64,000 nucleotides of DNA, taken from positions 15,356 to 79,355 of IMG/VR virus record IMGVR_UViG_3300034019_000950; one strand, given 5' to 3'. Positions 58,103 to 64,000 of the stretch are shown here, in pieces. The stretch comes from a virus. The position numbers were made by a program, and so were the translations under genes. Numbering within the stretch: the stretch's first letter is position 1; each line of letters opens with the position of its first letter. The notes beneath the pieces were generated by a model. The model saw only the letters and a program-made list of their open reading frames with translations, searched no databases and was not told where the DNA came from.

Positions 58103-58129
58103 GTTGTACCATGATGCCGGTTATGTCAA
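58103..58129 (-). promoter_or_regulatory. Sigma70-like promoter TTGACA...TGGTACAAC containing a TAAC-N9-GGTA site
   Basis: Perfect -35 and extended -10 (15-nt spacer) upstream of ATG at 58079. Confidence 0.5.
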
Positions 58130-58742
58130 CCTTCTGCCTGGGCAACCAATGTCGTTGCCACCATTCATCACATGCCGCCCCACGGCGCTTGATATGTCTG
58201 GCGCAGCCCGCAACAGGGCCTCGCAATGTACCCCCACCGCCCACCTACACGCGCACACCGTTAGGGGTGCCTTGCGGGTTGTAGGTGCGGCGGGGCCATT
58301 GGGCACCGCTTGCAGGGTGCCCACCGCCCGTAAAGGCGCGGCAGGCACCACCACAGGCGGCGGCGCAGGCACAGGCACGGGCGGCTGCACGGGTGGCTGC
58401 ACGGGTGGCTGGGGTTGCCCCACCGTGTCCGCACGCAGCCGTCGCTCTGCCAGGATGGCCAGCAACGGCGGCATCGGAGCCTCGTTGCGTTGACGGCTCA
58501 CGTGCGGTTTGCTCACGGCTGCTCCAACCGCAGTGCCGGTAGCTGTGTGGCAAGCACATCGGGCAGCCGCTCATTGGACACGTCGTCTCGGATCACGGTC
58601 CCGTCTGCGTGGGCCACTTCCCACCCACGACGCCACAGCAAGGCCAGCCGGGGCACAGCACCCTCGTACAGCAATGCGTAGTCACCGTGGAACCGCCACA
58701 GCCACGGCGGCAGAACTCGCGGAAGGTTGTTGTGGTGTGCGT

Positions 58743-59180
58743 TCATTGGTGCGCACCCCTCAAACAAGCCACGATTGTTTCTGCCTCGTGCGCGAAACCC
58801 CAGGCACGCCACGCCCCAGGTCGCTTGTCGGGACTGGTCGAAGCGTTGCACCAGCCGTTTGCTTCCCACGCCCGCTTGCCATCGCTGAGTCGGAAGTCGT
58901 CTGACAGACGAACGTACAGTGTCTCGTCCTGCCACGCCTTGCGCGCAAGCATCAGCAAGCAGCCCAGTGTCGCGGCATCCCGCAAGTCGGGCAGCGAGTT
59001 CTCGTATGGCTTCCAGCCCCTCGTGTTGTCCGGCACACGGGTAATGATCGGTTCCAGCGGCTCCGCTCGCATGGCAATGCAGCGCATCCCAGGCACCCAG
59101 CGGAAAGACCGGCACGCCACAGCAGCACGTGCCAGCTCTGTAAGCTCCAAGTCCATCGGCTCGTTTGACGTATCGTTCAT
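58743..59180 (-). CDS. Hypothetical protein, paralog family member
   Basis: LARAAVAC..RWVPGM...LPDLRDAATLGCLL. Confidence 0.7.
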   Translation of the reverse strand: MNDTSNEPMDLELTELARAAVACRSFRWVPGMRCIAMRAEPLEPIITRVPDNTRGWKPYENSLPDLRDAATLGCLLMLARKAWQDETLYVRLSDDFRLSDGKRAWEANGWCNASTSPDKRPGAWRAWGFAHEAETIVACLRGAHQ

Positions 59181-59626
59181 TCTTCCCCCCAGTTTGTGTC
59201 GCGCCGGGCTGCTTCTTTTTGCAGCTCCAACACCACTGCACGGATCTGATTGGCCACCTCAGCCGCCAAGGCAGCCCGGTCGTAGGTGGACCACGAACCA
59301 GCACCCTCCGTGGTGTCCAGCAGCTCTTTCAGCGTGAAGCACGTAGCCCCGATGGGCCACAGGTACTGCGCGGCTTTCTCGTCACGGCGCGCAACGTAGA
59401 ACCTGCCTGCGTGCTCAAACACTTCCCACGGCGTCGGAATGAACGCCGTCAAGGCGCACCCCCACCGGCACCAGCCGCGCCTCCCAGAAGCAGCGGCAGG
59501 GTGCAAGGCCCCACCACACAGCCGGCCACGAACAGCACCAGCACCACGATCACCACCTGCAGACACCCGTTCACGGTGCCGGCCAGCTTCTCGCTCTCCG
59601 TCTTTGACATTGCTAACCTCCAACGT

Positions 59627-59657
59627 ATTATAGGCGGCTGGTGCAATAAACGCACAG
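59627..59657 (-). promoter_or_regulatory. Repeated promoter motif GTGCG-N18-TATAAT
   Basis: Perfect -10 hexamer, then GGAGG RBS and ATG at 59610. Confidence 0.65.
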
Positions 59658-60105
59658 CGCCGTGCTACGGCTTGCCCTGGTGCAGCACCGCCCAGCACTG
59701 CGCGCACAGGGCGTCAGGCGCCCGGTGCGGCAGGTAGCGCGGTGCTGGCAGGTCGCCCGTGTGTACCGTGTGCTCCACGGCCTCCATTCGCCCGCACAGC
59801 GTTGCCACCGCCACAAACGAATGGCTGCCTGTGTGCGCCTGCACGCGGGTCAGGTGGTGCGTGGCCATGCTGCCTCCACCTGTGGTCAGGGCGCAGGCTT
59901 GTGCAGGCGCCAGCACTGCGGGCACAGGCCGGGCGGACGCTGCGGTTCCCACGTTGGCACATCACCACGCAGCAGACGCGCCTCCCACGGGTCGTAGGAC
60001 CGCCCGCACAGTGCGATCACTTTGAGGACTTCCACTGGCGCGGTACTCCAGCGAACGCGGACCACGGTTGTTGTCTTGCCACTTGGAATGCACTGACTGA
60101 GGCGT

Positions 60106-60510
60106 TCACCCACGGTCCACCCTTGTGATGATGTTGATCAATCGTTCTTCTTCCAGCATCAGCTCGGCAACCCTGGCACTCGCCTCTGCCGCCGCACGTT
60201 CACCGGCCTCGGCTTTGGCCCATGCGGCATCTGCTGCCGCACGCGCAGCCGTTAGCGTTGACCGTAGACGGCGCAGCTCCATCGAGGCGCGGACTTCCGC
60301 CGACGCCCAATCCGGGCGGCACGGACGGCCATCAGCCAGCGTGCGGCGGGGTGCGCCAAGCCGGCGCATCCGTACTGACACGGCTTCTGGGTCGCGTGCG
60401 GGAAAGCCCTCACGTGCCAGCGTGTCTGCCACGTCGCGCCAGGAAAGGGTAGCGTCGGCAGAAAGGTTGAGAGCACGAGCCTGCTCGGTTGTTTTCCATG
60501 CCTGGGCCAT
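60106..60510 (-). CDS. HTH (GcrA/Myb-like) DNA-binding protein with coiled coil
   Basis: WKTTEQARAL...SWRDVADTL...RDPEAVSVRMRRLG. Confidence 0.5.
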   Translation of the reverse strand: MAQAWKTTEQARALNLSADATLSWRDVADTLAREGFPARDPEAVSVRMRRLGAPRRTLADGRPCRPDWASAEVRASMELRRLRSTLTAARAAADAAWAKAEAGERAAAEASARVAELMLEEERLINIITRVDRG

Positions 60511-60832
60511 TGTTATCGCTCATCGTGTGTTGGTGCGAGTGGGCAGCAGTCCACGTGCGCCTGCGCGGCAGCCCACGCTGCGCGGAAGTGATCGCGCTCG
60601 GCCTGCAGCCGCTCAATCTCGGCCACCAGCGCGGCCACGGCGCGGTCGTCCTCTGCGTACCAGCGGAAGGTGGGCGGCGTGCCGCTGGGCACCTCCAGCC
60701 ACTCGGCGCCGCAGGTGCCGCACAGGCCGTCAAGCCAGTGCTCGGTGCCAGGGTCGCCGCTGTCTGTCGGGTGCCACTCAAAGGCACCGCCACAGAAGCG
60801 GCAGGGCACGGGGCTGTCCATATTGAGCGCGG

Positions 60833-61261
60833 TCATGGCTTGGCCTCCAGGGTGGCGACCAGGGCCTCGGCCTCGCTGCCGTGACCCCAAAACCCCACGC
60901 TGCCCCCACGGGGCACGCCCAGCGCGCGGCACGCCTCCGCATCGAGATACAGGTCGCAGACTTCCCACGCGATCACGCCGTCTGACTTGCGGCGCGTCGT
61001 GGACTGGCGCACGTAGACGTTCGGGCATCGCCACGCCTCCCGCACCAAAGCGAGCAGACAGCCCAGCGTTGCGGGGTCGGTGAAGTCGGGCAACTGGCCC
61101 GGAGCGTGCAGGGCTGTAATGAAAGAATGCACATCTAACCACCGCACCCACACCCCGCTGCCGATGTAGCGGTAGTCATCCTGTCGAAGCATGCCCCGAA
61201 CCCACCGCCACCCGTTGCAGGCGACGGCGCGGCGGGCGAGGGCGATGTCTGCGGGGGTCAT
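60833..61261 (-). CDS. Hypothetical protein, paralog family member
   Basis: LARRAVAC..RWVRGM...LPDFTDPATLGCLL. Confidence 0.7.
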   Translation of the reverse strand: MTPADIALARRAVACNGWRWVRGMLRQDDYRYIGSGVWVRWLDVHSFITALHAPGQLPDFTDPATLGCLLALVREAWRCPNVYVRQSTTRRKSDGVIAWEVCDLYLDAEACRALGVPRGGSVGFWGHGSEAEALVATLEAKP

Positions 61262-61745
61262 TCGGCCACCCGATGGCGCCCGGCTACGATGGCCTGCGCT
61301 GCCTCAAAGATCGCGTAGTCCTCGGCACTAAGGCCCTCGCTGCGGTACCTGACGGCCAGATCCCGCAGCCACAGCACCACAGCGTCGCGCTCTCGGATAC
61401 CCTCTACACGTGCGTCCCGTGCATCAAGGGCAGCCTGTGAACGGGCATACTGCGCATCCAGCTGCTCGCGGTGCAGCAGGCGCAGCAGCTCCATCTCGCG
61501 CTGGTGGAACCAGCGTGCGTCCTCGGTGCGCACGGCGTTGACCAGCTCCAGAACACGGTTGAGCATGTAGGCTACCATCTGGCCTTGCAGGTCGGGTCCG
61601 GCGCCTGCAAACACGCCCATCTGCAGCCGCAGTTCGCCCAGGGCTTGCACCGTCAGCGTGTCTACGGGGTCGATTGCGGGGATGGTGGTGGTCATAGCGC
61701 CTCCAGTTTCAGTTCTGTCAATGTTCGGTCCATGCTCCCTCCCTG

Positions 61746-62063
61746 TCAGCGCGGGTAGATGATCTGGTCTTGCTTGCCCAGCGTGTCCTCGCAGCACGCC
61801 ACCGTGGTCGCGCGGTACACGCGCTGCCTATCCAAGCCACCCTCCGTGCCCGTGAACACGGCAGGGCCGACGTAGTAGAAGCGCCCGTGGTAGTGCTTTA
61901 CGGGGATGCCCGCCTCGGCCATGTCCTGCACGAACTTCACGTGGACGGGGTTGTCGTACACGTAGGTAGCACCTTCGCCGCCGCACACGTGGCACTCGAT
62001 GCCCTCGGGGTCCGTATTTACCCACCCCTCACCGTCGCACCGCTCACACTTCACTTTGGTCAT
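61746..62063 (-). CDS. DnaJ-type CxxCxGxG zinc-finger protein
   Basis: CERCDGEG...CHVCGGEG. Confidence 0.6.
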   Translation of the reverse strand: MTKVKCERCDGEGWVNTDPEGIECHVCGGEGATYVYDNPVHVKFVQDMAEAGIPVKHYHGRFYYVGPAVFTGTEGGLDRQRVYRATTVACCEDTLGKQDQIIYPR

Positions 62064-62559
62064 GCGTCCTCCAGCTGGGCGACCAGCCGGGCGAGCAGCA
62101 GCCGCCACAGGTTGTAGTCCGGGTCGTTCGGGTCCGCACCGCGCGCTGCCCGCAGGGCCAGTGCATCCCGCAGGGCCAGGGTAACGGTAGCGCGGTGCAC
62201 GGGCGGCAGATCCAGCGCGTACACGACCACCAGGGCGCGCATCTGCGCCGCGTCCACGGAAACGTCCGCCAGCGCGGCAGCTACACCCGCCGCCAGCAGC
62301 GCGGCCAGACCAGCGTCGTCCACCACGCGACCGACCAGCCCGTGCTGCTGCAGCTGCACACCCTGCGGCACCACCACGCGCACACCCGCGTCCACCCGGT
62401 AGACAGACACCGACGGTGCGGGCGCGTTGCGCAGGTTGATCAGCGCGCCCAGCGGCAGGCCCGCCGCGTCGCGGTGGCCAGGGAAAGACACCTCCAGCGT
62501 GCGCTCGTCCGGCTGGTCGTGCACACCCGCCGCGCACCGCATGTTCACCACAGGGCGGG

Positions 62560-63060
62560 TCATGCGAGCACCGGCACGGGCAAGCCCGCGTCCTGCAGCC
62601 CGGACACGTTAGCCACGGCCATGCCGTAGGCGCTCACCGTGGCGATGCTGATCACCGCCCCACTGCCAGAGTGCACGTGCACCGGACTCCCAGCGTGCAC
62701 GTGCACCGGGCGCACGGCCACCAGCACACCGGCCAGCGTGCCCAGCGCCGCGCCGCTTTCCAGCAGCGCCGCAGCGTGCGTGGCGTCGTGCACCTTCTGC
62801 ACGCCGTACAGCTGGACGCCGTCCTGTTGGTCGGCGCGTTCCGACTTGGCACGCAGCATGGCAAGCTCGTGCTCCAGAAGCGTGACCCGCACGACAAGCT
62901 TGTTGCGCTGACGCTCCAAGTCCTCGGCAAAGAACCGCCTCAGCACCGCGCGCACCGTTTCTGCCGTAACCCCGTACACCTGCGCCACACCGGCAGCGGC
63001 TGACGTGAGTGCCACGCTAACCAGCTCCGGGTGTTTGTCCTCGACCCGCTTGCGACCCAT
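62560..63060 (-). CDS. HTH protein
   Basis: SAAAGVAQVYGVTAETVRAVLRR; first gene after the 63100-63130 promoter motif. Confidence 0.5.
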   Translation of the reverse strand: MGRKRVEDKHPELVSVALTSAAAGVAQVYGVTAETVRAVLRRFFAEDLERQRNKLVVRVTLLEHELAMLRAKSERADQQDGVQLYGVQKVHDATHAAALLESGAALGTLAGVLVAVRPVHVHAGSPVHVHSGSGAVISIATVSAYGMAVANVSGLQDAGLPVPVLA

Positions 63061-63099
63061 GTTGCTGCTCCTTGCACCACCTTGTTGCGGTGCTGGCAT

Positions 63100-63130
63100 G
63101 TAGTAGGCAACCACCCACTAACCCGCACAC
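63100..63130 (-). promoter_or_regulatory. Repeated promoter motif GTGCG-N18-TACTAC
   Basis: Near-copy of the 3205-3235 element; upstream of first right-arm gene. Confidence 0.7.
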
Positions 63131-64000
63131 CGTACTGCTACACAAAGCAAAGTAAGGCTAAAAACCCGTGGGAAGCACGCCTGACAGGTGCGCGGGTAGC
63201 GAGCGAGGGGTGGTAGAAAAAACAGCTGTTGCGCGGGTTGCGCGGGTGGAGTGATCAAAACGCGCGGGGTGCCGTGTGCCGCTACCCACCCCCATGTACG
63301 TATTCCCCCCTACCCCCCCCCATAGGGGGTTCCCCTTACGTATCATCCCGTACTGCTCGGGAGTGCAGGGGGGGGTGGGGGGGGTGGGGGGGCAGGCGGG
63401 CTGGTGCTGACCGGCACGGCACCCTGCACACTGCGCAGGCACTGCACGGCTCACTCGGGAGCACTGCTGCGCACCCCTGCTCGCGCTCACCCTGTCCACT
63501 GCTGCACAACCCCGTTCACGACGGCGTTGTGGCGGGAGCGCAGCTGTACAGGTGGGTGCCCGCCTGCACAGCTACAAGGCCCTGCCAGTGCGGCAATCCG
63601 CGCGGGCCGCTGCGGCACCCCCTGCGGTGAGGGTGTGCACCCCCTGCTGACAGCCCAGCGCACCGCGAACAATACCGTGCAGCAGGCCCTTGTTCACCCT
63701 GCGGCCCTGCCGCAGCGCGCCCCCTTGCAGCCCCCTTGTGCACCGCTGCGCGGACTGCGCTGCTGCATTGCCGGCCTTGTAAGCCTGTTTCCGCCCCTTG
63801 CGTAGCACCCCGCTACCCCGCACCATCACCACCACCACAGTACGGGCCGCTGCATTGTGCCGCTGCAAGGCTGGCAATGGGGGCAGAGAGCGCGGGGTGC
63901 GGGGGGTGCAACGGGCCGCTGCGCACCCCCGCACTGTACAGGGCACTGCGCACTCCCTGGCAGCGTACAGTGTGGCACTGCTCAACCCCCGGCCTGCGGG

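Larger units (their letters stand above)
56942..63060 (-). other. Cluster of about 18 short, overlapping minus-strand accessory genes
   Basis: Chains of ATGA overlaps and RBS; mostly no recognisable domain. Confidence 0.7.

Noticed and set aside
58378-58412. 12-bp tandem repeat
   Set aside because: Explained by a Pro-rich PVQP linker in ORF 58121-58516.
1-64000. tRNA/rRNA genes, CRISPR arrays, IS elements, reverse transcriptase/DGR
   Set aside because: None recognisable by eye; tRNAscan-SE and Infernal would be needed to exclude small RNAs.

Overview
The window is essentially one high-GC tailed-phage genome (siphovirus-type, long tape measure), with no recognisable host genes. Layout: (i) 10-10150 replication/recombination: AEP/RepB-like primase, SF2 helicase, Cas4/RecB-like nuclease, Sak4-like ATPase, SSB, replication initiator, TOPRIM primase-helicase, serine recombinase; (ii) 11667-16644 a translationally coupled DNA base-hypermodification operon: ParB-like, TET/JBP dioxygenase, P-loop kinase, sulfotransferase, amidinotransferase-fold enzyme, amino-acid:DNA transferase-like protein; (iii) 16700-20500 accessory genes (NrdR-like zinc ribbon, 3D-domain protein, dUTPase); (iv) 20500-56862 minus-strand morphogenesis genes, interrupted by a glycosylation cassette among the head-tail genes and by a base-J-type glycosyltransferase plus a DPPY methyltransferase between terS and terL; (v) 56900-63100 small minus-strand genes, followed by an apparently non-coding G/C-run-rich end. 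The best candidate for a new system is the TET-initiated hypermodification pathway with sulfotransferase and amidinotransferase tailoring enzymes. I also found three families of repeated promoter/operator motifs, a conserved GNRA hairpin in two structural-gene leaders, and a -1 frameshift site in the tail chaperone. All family assignments come from motif reading by eye; no database searches were run.
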